IMG/VR virus record: IMGVR_UViG_3300033153_014157
Reading direction: 5' to 3' (one strand)
Length of the DNA stretch: 61,783 bases
Source of the DNA: an uncultured virus (IMG/VR IMGVR_UViG_3300033153_014157)
Taxonomy: Duplodnaviria; Heunggongvirae; Uroviricota; Caudoviricetes
Shown: one piece after another, positions 1 to 10,503 of the stretch
Layout: the number at the start of each line of letters is the position of its first letter
Position numbering within the stretch: the stretch's first letter is position 1
Notes under the pieces: generated by a model
Databases searched by the model: none
What the model saw: the letters and a program-made list of their open reading frames with translations, nothing else
Told to the model about the DNA's origin: nothing
Program-made: the position numbers and the translations under genes

Positions 1-434
1 CCATTCCTAACGGCATTGATTATCGCGTCGTCTGGTTTATTTTTGTATGGGCGAAAATATAATGAGAACGAGTTTTCGGATTGGTATCTCACGAGCCGGC
101 AATTAAATGTATCAAAAAATTGGTTCAGCGTTAATTCTCCTCGTGTTAGTGAGAAATAAACAACTATATAAGTGAGTGTCACGTACGTGAGAAGATTCAT
201 GTTTGTGAAAAACAGTGACGCGGCACGTGCATCAAAAAAAGTAATCGTGTTCAAAGTGCCGTGTTTTGATATCCTGATTAACAATTTGCCATTGGCACCA
301 ATGGCTTCATATTCGTTTTTGTCGTTCATTCGCGTGGTCGGCGTGGTTGAAAGGTAGATGAAAATTAGGTTCGCGGCTTTCTCAATAAGTTCTTGAGGTG
401 ACAGGGTTGAATATAACGTTATCCACGTTGCCAA
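1..434 (-). CDS. hypothetical protein, partial (runs off window start)
   Basis: Manual translation: open frame from TTG at 434 to the window edge, downstream of and co-oriented with the MoxR gene. Confidence 0.45.
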   Translation of the reverse strand, partial: MATWITLYSTLSPQELIEKAANLIFIYLSTTPTTRMNDKNEYEAIGANGKLLIRISKHGTLNTITFFDARAASLFFTNMNLLTYVTLTYIVVYFSLTRGELTLNQFFDTFNCRLVRYQSENSFSLYFRPYKNKPDDAIINAVRN

Positions 435-490
435 ATTTACTACCAACAATAATTAGAATTGATTCATATTTAGGAGATGTAGGTGTGTTA

Positions 491-1552
491 TTAGAATGGT
501 GTTTTTTTAGATTTTGACCTCTTTCTTGTTTTTTGTTTAGGAGGTGCTCCTATTTCTTCTGGTATTTCTTCTTCTTCTGACCTCATTGTTTGGACTATTT
601 CGTCAATATCTGAGCGCACGGAGTCTAGATCTTGTTTTTTCTTAATCAAAATTGTCAGTAGCCGATCGAGCGTGTCTTTACTAACATCATATTCATGAAT
701 TTGTAACATGGCGCGAACGAATTCTATTGCTTCTGCGGGCGTTGGTGGTTTCTCTAGATTCATTTCTTTACGCATGTAATTGACTAGCGACACGACTTGC
801 CGAACCAATAAATCTGGCGCGTCTTTTACGTTAGCTTTTATTATGTTGAATTCTACTTCCCTGCTAGGATAATCAATGTATAGGTAAAATACCCTTCGCA
901 ATAACGGCTCAGTTAGATCGCGTATTTTGTTAGATGTCATGAATATGTACACTTTTCGTTGTTCAGTGATGGTACCTATGATAGGTATTGTCAGCTCCCG
1001 CTCGTCAAAATATTGCAACAAATAATGCTCGAATTCTTCGTCAGCCTTGTCGACCTCGTCCAATAATAGCACTACTTCATTGTGTTTCTCGGACTTTTCG
1101 CTCATTGCTTTAAGCATTGCCCCCTTTACGTAGAAGTCAAGTGTATATACATCTCTTTTTTCTTCTCCGCTTTGTATTGCAAGTAGCTGTTGCTGAAAGT
1201 TCCAATGTCCAACTAAGTCTTCAAAATGCAATCCTTCGAAACATTGAATCCTGTATAGCGGCATTCCTAGCGCATTCGCAAATGCCCTCACTAAGAATGT
1301 CTTTCCTGATCCAGGGGGACCTTCAAGCAGTAATGGTCTATAACCTTTATACGCTAGATATACGAGGGTTGCGATTTCATAGCTTGAGATGTACCCCTCG
1401 CGTTCTAAGAATGTTTTTACTTCTGTTATGGTATCTGGAAAATCCATGATGGAATATACCTTCCCCGTGGTCGCAATCACCACGTTTCGTAATACTCTTT
1501 TAAAGTCATCTGAAGCTCTCAATATTTTTGATTTTGACATTGCATTCACCAT
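491..1552 (-). CDS. MoxR-family AAA+ ATPase
   Basis: PLLLEGPPGSGKT Walker A, RIQCFEGL, LLLDEVDKAD Walker B, TSN..RDL.EPL.RR: MoxR/CoxD pattern. Confidence 0.9.
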   Translation of the reverse strand: MVNAMSKSKILRASDDFKRVLRNVVIATTGKVYSIMDFPDTITEVKTFLEREGYISSYEIATLVYLAYKGYRPLLLEGPPGSGKTFLVRAFANALGMPLYRIQCFEGLHFEDLVGHWNFQQQLLAIQSGEEKRDVYTLDFYVKGAMLKAMSEKSEKHNEVVLLLDEVDKADEEFEHYLLQYFDERELTIPIIGTITEQRKVYIFMTSNKIRDLTEPLLRRVFYLYIDYPSREVEFNIIKANVKDAPDLLVRQVVSLVNYMRKEMNLEKPPTPAEAIEFVRAMLQIHEYDVSKDTLDRLLTILIKKKQDLDSVRSDIDEIVQTMRSEEEEIPEEIGAPPKQKTRKRSKSKKTPF

Positions 1553-1655
1553 TAAAGATTTATTTACTATTTATTTTTGCACGCCATTATTAAAATTTTT
1601 CAAGGATAAAGAATAAAAAACGTTGCGTGTAAAGATAATCGTGTGGTGATGAATA

Positions 1656-1991
1656 ATGAAATGGGAAACGTTGAGATCGAGAGTAAACATGCAACCAAAA
1701 AAAATCGCCCGAAACCGAAAATATTTGGTATTATCGAAGATATTCAAGATCATTTCAATCATATCGGCTGTAATATCAATGATAGTATTATTCATGAACG
1801 GCTTCCAGTTATTCGGCGCATTGATCAACGTTGACTTTTCTACATCATTGCCAGCCGATGTAAATAATCAGATAAATCAATTCGTGCTGCTGTTAATAGT
1901 AATAATAGTGATAATAGGGATATTGATAACGGCATATTATGTATTTGACATGTTATCATACCAACAAGTAGAAACAAAAAAAGTTGGTTAA
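1656..1991 (+). CDS. small two-TM membrane protein
   Basis: 111-aa ORF with two hydrophobic segments. Confidence 0.65.
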   Translation: MKWETLRSRVNMQPKKIARNRKYLVLSKIFKIISIISAVISMIVLFMNGFQLFGALINVDFSTSLPADVNNQINQFVLLLIVIIVIIGILITAYYVFDMLSYQQVETKKVG

Positions 1992-1997
1992 TATTTT

Positions 1998-2378
1998 TTA
2001 GGTGAATATTTCCTCTAACCGATTCCTGATTTTTGAAAGCGCATCTATAATCACGTTGAATTCTTTTTCGTGTTCTATTTCTTCATCTAATACGTGTTGT
2101 ATGGATTCAATTCTATCAGTTCCATCATTGACAATTGCATCGAGTAATTTTGCGATTCTATCAATTTCACGTTTTTGTTTTTCATCACTTAGCGAACCTC
2201 TCAATTTCCGAAGACATGTTGAAACATTTTCAGATGCGGTATCACTGATTTCGCTTCTAAACTCATCTATATGGGATTGATATAATTTTATGGCAGACAT
2301 TTCTGCCAACACGTTGTCTTTAAATGCCCTAATAAAACGTTCTAAAAAAGAAACGACGCGGCATAAATCTTCATTCAT
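1998..2378 (-). CDS. ferritin/rubrerythrin-like helical protein
   Basis: E-x2-A-x3-Y (AEMSAIKLY) and DEEIEH motifs typical of ferritin-like di-iron helices; GGAGG SD before ATG 2378. Confidence 0.5.
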   Translation of the reverse strand: MNEDLCRVVSFLERFIRAFKDNVLAEMSAIKLYQSHIDEFRSEISDTASENVSTCLRKLRGSLSDEKQKREIDRIAKLLDAIVNDGTDRIESIQHVLDEEIEHEKEFNVIIDALSKIRNRLEEIFT

Positions 2379-2402
2379 TAAAGTGCCTCCAAAATACAAC
2401 GC

Positions 2403-3818
2403 TCACGACTTCGTTAGCGTGAAGTGTAACTTCTTCTTTTTCTTTCGATATTTAGCCCAAAACTTTTTCTTTGGTGAGCCAACCTTTGTCGGTCGTTTTT
2501 TATAGATTTTTGTCACTGCATACGCGGAAATAATCAATATTCCTGCACTGATTCCAAATATAGAAATCAATAGCATGACGACCTGTATCATTTCTGGAAA
2601 AAGTGGCGTTTGTGGATCGCCATCATCATTGGGATTGATTGATGAAATGGTTATGTTGCCGAGAACTACTTCATAGTCGTGAGTTCCTAGCGACAGCGTT
2701 TCCAATATTACAGTGCAGGTGGTTTCCTGTAAAGTTGCTAGGTCCGATACTTGAAACAAGTTCGTGATGAAGTTTTGACCATTAGAAATTATTGTCAGCG
2801 CGATCGGCTTCTGGTATATTGTTATGGCGCTGTCGTCAACGAGCTTGATCTTGCATTCTACCGTGTCTGGCGATTGCTTGTACAAGTTCCACGTCCAATT
2901 TATTCGGAAAACGTCTTCAAAAGCGAATGTCGTGGTGTTAGACGTGGAATTGAGAAATAATGGAAACAAACACGGCGAAGCAACATATCTAACGTGTAAA
3001 ACGCCAGTGGTATTACTTAGTGACGTTCCATCTTTTGAAATATATGTTTCAATGCGGAAGTCTCCTTCAGTGAAAAACGTGTCAGCTGGTATGGTTTTGG
3101 TGATTATGCCGTCGTCTAGCGTATATCCGGAGTCGGTCCATAGCGTGTTGTTCGAAGCATCGAGAACGTAAAATCGCGTAAAAATTCCCTTCTTTGCCTG
3201 AAGCGTTTGATTGATGACTTTTACAGATAATGTCGTTGATGATGACCCGACTTCATCAATGGTTATAAAATTAGGAGAAGCGATATTACTTGATACTGCG
3301 GTAATTTGATACATTTCTGGCGTTGGCATTGGCAGCTTTGAAACGGTAAAGTTGCGCGTCCCGTTATTATACCTCCAAGTAGTCAGCCATAATATTCCAG
3401 TCTTATACTCGGCTCGCGTGCTTACCTGCCAACTGCCATTTTCTCCTAAAGCTGTTTTTATCTCTATGTAATAGTGAGGATCTGTGTAATCACGGACATA
3501 ATCATCAATATAGATTGTATCTCCATTCGGCTTCGTGATATTGACTAAAAGATGATAATTTAATCTTAACAAGCCTTGATATGGTACTCCTATCTTTATG
3601 GTTACCGTATCACACTCTACGAAGCTTGAGTTTTTCCATGTTGGTAAAAATAATATCACGTTCTCATCGGCATAAGTCATTGTCGTTGCCAAGGAAAATG
3701 ATGAGTTTTTCTCGTCATTGGATATGTTAAGGAAGTTGTTAAGTATAGGTGACTGGAGTGCCGCAAATATAAATAGTGCGATCAGAAACAAAACGTAAGC
3801 TTTGGTTTTGGCATTCAT
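2403..3818 (-). CDS. secreted, C-terminally membrane-anchored beta-rich surface (glyco)protein
   Basis: N-terminal signal/TM, S/T/N-rich beta-strand body with many N-x-S/T sequons, C-terminal TM followed by a Lys-rich tail. Confidence 0.75.
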   Translation of the reverse strand: MNAKTKAYVLFLIALFIFAALQSPILNNFLNISNDEKNSSFSLATTMTYADENVILFLPTWKNSSFVECDTVTIKIGVPYQGLLRLNYHLLVNITKPNGDTIYIDDYVRDYTDPHYYIEIKTALGENGSWQVSTRAEYKTGILWLTTWRYNNGTRNFTVSKLPMPTPEMYQITAVSSNIASPNFITIDEVGSSSTTLSVKVINQTLQAKKGIFTRFYVLDASNNTLWTDSGYTLDDGIITKTIPADTFFTEGDFRIETYISKDGTSLSNTTGVLHVRYVASPCLFPLFLNSTSNTTTFAFEDVFRINWTWNLYKQSPDTVECKIKLVDDSAITIYQKPIALTIISNGQNFITNLFQVSDLATLQETTCTVILETLSLGTHDYEVVLGNITISSINPNDDGDPQTPLFPEMIQVVMLLISIFGISAGILIISAYAVTKIYKKRPTKVGSPKKKFWAKYRKKKKKLHFTLTKS

Positions 3819-3877
3819 GATTGGATCTCCATGACAATCGATTTTTATGTTTTTACATTATACGTAATTAGATAAAA

Positions 3878-4456
3878 ATGATTAGTGTTGAATCGTCGCG
3901 AAACGAAATTATACTTACAGCCGTGATAATTGTCATTACATCAGTGTTTGGATTACCAGACATAACGTTCATGATACTATCATTGGTTTTAGTTGGAAAC
4001 GTGTTTTTCGTTAAGTCAAAAGCACTTAGAATCATCTTTTTGTGTTTTTATATAACCTTGTTCTTATTAAACATATTCGTGTTTCGCATAACAACAAATC
4101 ACGTGCTATTATTGCTGTCGTTCATGTCACCATTGCTATTTCCAAATATCAACATCACGTTCATAATTTCATATCTGGTAATAGTCGTGATGGCAATGAT
4201 ATTCATATTTAAAAAAAACGATAATGTATTCTATGCCGTGCCGATAACGGCTATGTTTGTGGTGTTCACAGATTCTATAACGATAATATTCACGCCGTCA
4301 TTTGTGTCAATAATTCCTGCACTAATCGTAATAGGTTGTTGTTACGTGTTTTTATTTCTATTATTATTCCATGCCACGTTCTTGATGATATTTTTATCTT
4401 CTACATTAATAAGAATGTTTGTAAATGAACGAGGTTTTTATATAAAGATACGATGA
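3878..4456 (+). CDS. polytopic membrane protein
   Basis: 192 aa, almost entirely hydrophobic segments. Confidence 0.7.
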   Translation: MISVESSRNEIILTAVIIVITSVFGLPDITFMILSLVLVGNVFFVKSKALRIIFLCFYITLFLLNIFVFRITTNHVLLLLSFMSPLLFPNINITFIISYLVIVVMAMIFIFKKNDNVFYAVPITAMFVVFTDSITIIFTPSFVSIIPALIVIGCCYVFLFLLLFHATFLMIFLSSTLIRMFVNERGFYIKIR

Positions 4457-4518
4457 TACCAACAAGCTTTTTTAAACAGAATGACAATTAAAGAGTTAAG
4501 AAACTTAGAGGTGTTTTA

Positions 4519-4821
4519 ATGACAACGTTAAAGAATTTTTTTGTCAAGCTTCAAGAGATTGTAGATATTGCATCGAATGATTTCAAAAAAGCAAAGGTTA
4601 AATGCGACATTTCTGCATCTGATTTAGAGGTCGAGATAAGCATAGAAAAGTCTTGGCTATCCCTAACGAAAAAAATTGCTAAAAAGCACGGTCTAAAGGT
4701 AAAAGACGATAAGATAATAATTAGAGCTAGTGGAGATCCATCTCGCATATTACAAGAAATCGTGACAAAATATGACGAGTGGGTAGAGGATGTTTTAGAA
4801 GCAAAAAAACAGCAACAATAA
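4519..4821 (+). CDS. hypothetical protein
   Basis: 100-aa ORF with GAGGTG SD upstream. Confidence 0.7.
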   Translation: MTTLKNFFVKLQEIVDIASNDFKKAKVKCDISASDLEVEISIEKSWLSLTKKIAKKHGLKVKDDKIIIRASGDPSRILQEIVTKYDEWVEDVLEAKKQQQ

Positions 4822-4915
4822 AACCATTGAACGTGCAAGACGAACGTCAATTTATAAGACTACCATCGAAATAAAAGGAATCATCGAAATACAGGATGCC
4901 GAAAAAACAGGAAAG

Positions 4916-5239
4916 GTGTTTGAAATCGAGGTAATGGAAACATTAAAGATCGCGCAAAATGACTATCAACCGTTGCGAAGATCAATTTATTTTAATTTAG
5001 AATATGATGCAGAGTGGAGCTTTTGGATTGCCGAAAATGAAGAATTGGGAATACGCGTGTCAAAGCCTTCTTTAGTGGAGACAAAAGAGGAATTAATAAC
5101 AATGCTAAATTTTATGGTGGAATATTATCTAATTCAAAAAACAAAAGAAAAATTATCTGAAAAACTCATTGAATCAATCGAAAATCTGAGAAAAATTATT
5201 GATTTAACTAAAAAGAGTGATGCTGAAATTTGGGAGTGA
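4916..5239 (+). CDS. HicB-like (RNase H-like fold) small protein
   Basis: W-I-A-E-N-E-E-L-G-I-x-V-x3-S-L-x-E-x2-E-E-L resembles the HicB N-terminal domain; no HicA partner recognised. Confidence 0.5.
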   Translation: MFEIEVMETLKIAQNDYQPLRRSIYFNLEYDAEWSFWIAENEELGIRVSKPSLVETKEELITMLNFMVEYYLIQKTKEKLSEKLIESIENLRKIIDLTKKSDAEIWE

Positions 5240-5275
5240 TTTGGCACTAAACAAACTTTATTATTTTTTTGAAAA

Positions 5276-6001
5276 TCATTGAGTCGTGAATAACCATTCC
5301 GTCTTAATGGCAATATAGATTTTTTTCGATATTTCTTCTAGATCGCGTGCCTGCATTTCAGTGTTTAGGAACGTGTGGCTTATGAGTTCTTTTATAGATA
5401 CTACCACGCATTCAGTCCTATTAATTTTTTCTCCTAAACAGGTTTCTGCAATATTTTTTCCAACCGATAGTGGATTCTTAAGGCGCAACGCCGTTTTTGT
5501 GATATGGTCATACTCTTTCATTTCCTTCGTTAATATTAACAGCGCGTGTTTAAGCATTTCATTGAACTTAATCAATCTACCGATTAAGAGCGAACTAATA
5601 TATTTGGCGTTACCTTCTTCTTCAACGCCTTCTTCCTCACGTTTTTTAATTGTATTGACGAATATGGTGAATTGCCCTAAAATTTTAGCGTGGTGAGAAT
5701 CATGTGCCTTCTTCATGCTTCTGATGTAATCGTTTAAATCTTGAGTGTTAATTGAATTAATGATCGCCTTGAATTTTTTATATAATGACCGATAACATTT
5801 GTTTTTGTCGTCATCGCAGGAAGGAATTCCCGATTCGATGTCATAATACATGTCGTCTATTGCTTTTTCCAAACTGTTTAAATCGTTTCTAATGCGCTCG
5901 AAAATGAGGGCAACGGTTTCGTGTAATTTTGTATATTCAATCAAAATATCTTCCCTGCTTATTAGGGACGGATTTATTTTTTTCATGTCGATTTCAGTCA
6001 T
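5276..6001 (-). CDS. hypothetical alpha-helical protein
   Basis: 241-aa ORF with helical periodicity. Confidence 0.7.
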   Translation of the reverse strand: MTEIDMKKINPSLISREDILIEYTKLHETVALIFERIRNDLNSLEKAIDDMYYDIESGIPSCDDDKNKCYRSLYKKFKAIINSINTQDLNDYIRSMKKAHDSHHAKILGQFTIFVNTIKKREEEGVEEEGNAKYISSLLIGRLIKFNEMLKHALLILTKEMKEYDHITKTALRLKNPLSVGKNIAETCLGEKINRTECVVVSIKELISHTFLNTEMQARDLEEISKKIYIAIKTEWLFTTQ

Positions 6002-6106
6002 GGCTAGTCACTATTTTCCGCAAAAGAAAATAATCAGATTTGCTTTTATATGTATTTTTGCAAAAAACTATTGATATTATTGATGTTGATCAATAAGGTG
6101 AATGTC

Positions 6107-6355
6107 ATGCCAGTTGAAAATCTAAGCATTGATGACCTAACATATTCAAAATTGTTTCTGATACGCGAATTTTTACACCTAAGGAACACCAAACAAGCCA
6201 TGCGGTTAGTAATCTCATCATTTCCATTTGATGAGATAGAGAAAATCGAGAGGTTAGCAAGTGCGTTGAGTCTTGAAGGGTCTAAGAGCGAACAATTTAA
6301 TAAAATACTAAGCGATGCCATAAATGAATATTTTAGAATGTTGCAGATGGAGTGA
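6107..6355 (+). CDS. small hypothetical protein, first gene of the nurA operon
   Basis: AGGTGA SD before ATG 6107; stop overlaps the nurA start (GTGA). Confidence 0.6.
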   Translation: MPVENLSIDDLTYSKLFLIREFLHLRNTKQAMRLVISSFPFDEIEKIERLASALSLEGSKSEQFNKILSDAINEYFRMLQME

Positions 6356-7413
6356 TTGTCATGAATAAAGACGAATTATTTGAAATAATAATGTCAAACG
6401 AAATAAGTCTGACCGAAAACGCTGGTGGGTTAGAGCTAGAAATAATAGACAATTATTCTGGCATAACCAAAATGGAAGATAATGTTAAAGATGCGATATT
6501 GCTAGAAAATAACTCGTTAGTAAGTGTAGATAACATGGAATCAGTAAATGTAAAATATTTCATGGATGGGGTTCAAAAAACCATACTGATTGGCAATGTC
6601 GTAAACGTGGCTCTAAAGGTTTTTTTACCGATATATTATTACAGTGTAGCGGCGATAATATTAGAAGAAAAAAACGGGTTGGATATATATAACGTGGTGA
6701 CAGATGATGGAATAATAACTCCACCTAAGAAGTACATCCCGAGATCGTTATTGGATAAATTAGGCGATGTAACTGAGATCACGGACTTGGATTTCAAGAG
6801 ATATAACAATGCACTTAACACGATAGTGATCAACTATACATCTAGGAAGCGGGCTAGGCTAGAAAAAGAAATAGTTCATGCATTTAACAAGGATGATTCT
6901 GTAGATAAAGACGCGTGGTTCGTGATAGATGGCGCAATTGTTGAAAAGAAGATGCTGTCAGGACATTCTGATTTTGACTCGATGAAAAAGGTCGGTTTAG
7001 TAAAAAGACATGTTAAAAAATACATTCATGACGGCGACATGTTTGACATAAAATTATTGTTATCAAGAAGTGAGAATCCTTTTGTTAGAAGCCCGAAATT
7101 CAGAATCATTCGTAGCATAGGAAAGGTGAAAACTGAATTAGTATCTGCTTATTCAGCACTACATACCACGAACATGTCAATAAATGATAGGTTAATCAGG
7201 ATAGAAATTCCAGAACGACATGAAAAAGAATTTGATGATGTGATATATTCGATTTTGAGAATGCAAGCCCCGATATCGAATTGTAGGGCTATTGGGAAAA
7301 AGATATTTCCGATATACACGTGCGAAGAAGCATTGAAGATAATACTTTACGATTCTACGCTCATAAATCATGTAATACAATTAAGTGCTGGTGTCGTAAA
7401 TGGACAAAAATGA
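6352..7413 (+). CDS. nurA: NurA-family 5'-3' nuclease
   Basis: YFMDGVQ, FVIDG, GLVK and C-terminal P(I)..CE motifs; directly upstream of herA. Confidence 0.8.
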   Translation: MIVMNKDELFEIIMSNEISLTENAGGLELEIIDNYSGITKMEDNVKDAILLENNSLVSVDNMESVNVKYFMDGVQKTILIGNVVNVALKVFLPIYYYSVAAIILEEKNGLDIYNVVTDDGIITPPKKYIPRSLLDKLGDVTEITDLDFKRYNNALNTIVINYTSRKRARLEKEIVHAFNKDDSVDKDAWFVIDGAIVEKKMLSGHSDFDSMKKVGLVKRHVKKYIHDGDMFDIKLLLSRSENPFVRSPKFRIIRSIGKVKTELVSAYSALHTTNMSINDRLIRIEIPERHEKEFDDVIYSILRMQAPISNCRAIGKKIFPIYTCEEALKIILYDSTLINHVIQLSAGVVNGQK

Positions 7414-9088
7414 ATTAATAAATAATAAAATAATAACCGAGCGAATGTTGGGTTACACGTATCCGTTTCCAAGCTTGCCTATAACGAGCAGGGAATTCCC
7501 AATAGCATTGACAAATGATGGCGTTGAGATCGGAGACTATGTCGCGGTGATAGATTCTGACGAGTCTGTAACGATAGGCAAGGTGTCTGAGCTGATTTCC
7601 ACATCAGACTCTGACAAATGGAACGTTGTAAAAAAATACGTCGAGAATCCAAAATTCACAGATCCAGTAAAGAAACTCATAAACAAGATTGCGATAGTGA
7701 CGATAATAAATCGCATATTCAATAAAGAAGGTGCATTAATGTCCGTAAATGCAATGCAACCAGTTCATGAAGCTGGATATGAAGGAATAAAAAAATCTTT
7801 AGAATTAAAAAATGACGGAATTATTGCTGGATTGCTTGCAAAACCATCTAGAACGTATTCAGACTTAGTTGTAAAATTGACACCATCATATCTATTAGGT
7901 CCTGAAGCCGCGCATTTAAACGTCTGTGGTCAAAGCGGATTTGGGAAAACAAGTTTCGTGATAATGTTATTAAAATCATTATTAACATGGTCTAATGCGA
8001 GCGGAAAAAAAATAGGAGTAGTTGTTTTTAATGTCAAGAAGGATGATTTTCTCTACCTCGATATTGATAATGATGAATTGGATGATGAAGATCGCAAGAT
8101 ATATGAGAAGATGAATATAGAAGCCGCGCATTTAGATAATGTTGTTTTTTATGCCACGCGATCTGGAACTGGATCTGACGACTTAGCAACGCTTAGATCA
8201 GAGCCGTTGAAAACGAAGGACTTCTTCTGGAGCTGGAACGATGTAAAGGGACATATTGAACACGCCGTTTCGGCTAATGAGGCATGGGATGACATTCAGG
8301 AACACGCATTACAAGTCGTCAAGAATCAACGTACCGTGACGACGTTCAGAGAAGTATTCACCTTTGCTGAAGAATGTAGAGAAAGAGAAGCCTTTAACAT
8401 TAGAGCTGCAAGTTGGGGAAAATTTTTGCGAATAATCAGAGGAATTTATGCGAGTAATAGCGGATTATTAGCAAGCGGTTCTAAACCAATAGATTACGTT
8501 CAAGAATTTGATGAAAATGACGTGATCGTAATTGATGTCAATGAACGATTCTTCAAGGACTACACGCAGAGACTGATAATAGGCAAGATAGTTGATGATG
8601 TAAGAAAATTGATGGAAACAGATGAACTAGGGCTGGATCACTTAGTGATAGTGATGGACGAATTAGGGAAATATGCAAAAAAAGTTTCTAGCACGGCACT
8701 AAGGCAGATAAGATCTGTCATACAAGACATAGTAGAACGCGGTCGCTCGATAAAAATATCACTATTTGGAATCGAGCAATATGCATCAATGATAGCAGAC
8801 GAGATAATTGGTAACACGGCTACAAACGTGATATCAAAAACTAAGACGAAGGAATTATCAACAAGTAGTTACTCCACGCTAAAAGAATCAACAAAATCCG
8901 CATTGACGAGATTACAAAAGGGGTTAGTCATGTTACAGCACGATCCTATATATAGTGAAATTTTTATAAGAGTGCCGAGAGCTCCGTGTGCTCAAAAACT
9001 AAATTCAGGTAAAAGAAAAAAAATAAAGAAGGACACGCGCGAGATACATGATGAGCGCGTGGTATTAGAGGATGATGAATATCTATGA
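7400..9088 (+). CDS. herA: HerA helicase/DNA translocase
   Basis: N-terminal HAS-like barrel, GPEAAHLNVCGQSGFGKTS Walker A, FNVK, IVMDEL Walker B, ERGRS, EQ. Confidence 0.9.
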   Translation: MDKNELINNKIITERMLGYTYPFPSLPITSREFPIALTNDGVEIGDYVAVIDSDESVTIGKVSELISTSDSDKWNVVKKYVENPKFTDPVKKLINKIAIVTIINRIFNKEGALMSVNAMQPVHEAGYEGIKKSLELKNDGIIAGLLAKPSRTYSDLVVKLTPSYLLGPEAAHLNVCGQSGFGKTSFVIMLLKSLLTWSNASGKKIGVVVFNVKKDDFLYLDIDNDELDDEDRKIYEKMNIEAAHLDNVVFYATRSGTGSDDLATLRSEPLKTKDFFWSWNDVKGHIEHAVSANEAWDDIQEHALQVVKNQRTVTTFREVFTFAEECREREAFNIRAASWGKFLRIIRGIYASNSGLLASGSKPIDYVQEFDENDVIVIDVNERFFKDYTQRLIIGKIVDDVRKLMETDELGLDHLVIVMDELGKYAKKVSSTALRQIRSVIQDIVERGRSIKISLFGIEQYASMIADEIIGNTATNVISKTKTKELSTSSYSTLKESTKSALTRLQKGLVMLQHDPIYSEIFIRVPRAPCAQKLNSGKRKKIKKDTREIHDERVVLEDDEYL

Positions 9089-10503
9089 AGATCATACTTT
9101 CTGGCGACCTGCATTTAAACAGGACGTTCCCATCATCAGTATCCTACGAACGAGTGGCAAGTCACAACAAGGTCTTCGACGACATGGTGAAATATGCCAT
9201 CAATAATAATATTGATGGAATCTTGTGTTCTGGTGACTTATTCGATGTGAAGACGCCCTGGGCAAAAGTGGTTTCGTTCGTTAAGGATCGGTTATACAGA
9301 TTACAAGATGCTGGAAAGTTTTTCGTCACGATTCGCGGCAATCATGACGGAAGCGGGGATCATGAAGCAATAAAAAAAGGCGTGTCAATAGAACGAGTTT
9401 CCTTTCCAAAATTGAATGGGTACCACATAATAGATCCTGTCGTGGATCTTAACAGGAAAAACGATAAAGTCGGGTATAGAATAATAAATGATGATCTAGC
9501 CATTTTTGGTTGTGGTTATCACGGAAAAAGAACATTAGACGTGTTTAAGAAATACATTACGAGAGATAAAATAAAAAATGTGAAAGATTCTGTTAGCTCT
9601 AATGCATTAGTGGTATTGTTGTTACATTGTTTTGTCGAAGATGTAAATAATATCGGCATCCCAATGGGAGCTGATTTTGTTTTTCCAATTGATGAAATAG
9701 CTGGTTTGGGATTCGATGTTTGCTTGGTAGGACATTATCACGGGTTAGTTAAACCAAAGAAGATTAATAATACAATATTTCTATCTTCTGGTAGTCCTGA
9801 AAAGTTTAATTTTCATCAAACTCATTCTGGTGGTTTTTACGTGATGAATGTTGATGATAAGAATTCATTGACATTCAAGTTCGTGCACGTGAAACCGTTA
9901 TACAAAATGGAAAATGTCGTGATAAATAGTGACAAACCGAGATCAATGTCTTGGTTTCTTGATGGCGCAAAAAACTCGCTATCCTCTATAAAACATGAGT
10001 CGAAAGGATTGATATTGAATGTCGTGCTGAAAGGGCTTACGAATGAGAAAATAGACAGGCGATACATTCTAGACGAATTATCAAAAGTGCGTGATGACGT
10101 GATATATTTGGACGTAAATAATAAGGTCACGCTTGATAATCTATTAGATGGCAAAAACAGCTTGGTAGAAGTGAACGTTGCTGATTCGTTAGTGCTAGAA
10201 TTAATGAGGGCGCATTTGGACGAAGAACACGCAATGTTGCTTCTAAGTGCATATAATGAAACGAGAAAATTCATTGATGATGATTCAAACTTGACAAAGT
10301 CTGGCAATTTGAAAAAAGATGCACGAAATGAATTAAAAGAACGCATAAAATCGTTGTTATGCACTACTATAATAAAAAAGAAAATAGAAAATACAACAAC
10401 TGGCGTGATAAAAAAAGAGTCACGTGAAAAAAATACTGTAAAACATCGTGGTAAAAAGACACGAAATAATAAAATTAAAGGGAGCGTGCTTCACTATGTT
10501 TAA
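9085..10503 (+). CDS. mre11: Mre11/SbcD nuclease
   Basis: Calcineurin-like motifs GDLH, GDLFD, GNHD, LLH, GHYH, SGSPE. Confidence 0.92.
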   Translation: MKIILSGDLHLNRTFPSSVSYERVASHNKVFDDMVKYAINNNIDGILCSGDLFDVKTPWAKVVSFVKDRLYRLQDAGKFFVTIRGNHDGSGDHEAIKKGVSIERVSFPKLNGYHIIDPVVDLNRKNDKVGYRIINDDLAIFGCGYHGKRTLDVFKKYITRDKIKNVKDSVSSNALVVLLLHCFVEDVNNIGIPMGADFVFPIDEIAGLGFDVCLVGHYHGLVKPKKINNTIFLSSGSPEKFNFHQTHSGGFYVMNVDDKNSLTFKFVHVKPLYKMENVVINSDKPRSMSWFLDGAKNSLSSIKHESKGLILNVVLKGLTNEKIDRRYILDELSKVRDDVIYLDVNNKVTLDNLLDGKNSLVEVNVADSLVLELMRAHLDEEHAMLLLSAYNETRKFIDDDSNLTKSGNLKKDARNELKERIKSLLCTTIIKKKIENTTTGVIKKESREKNTVKHRGKKTRNNKIKGSVLHYV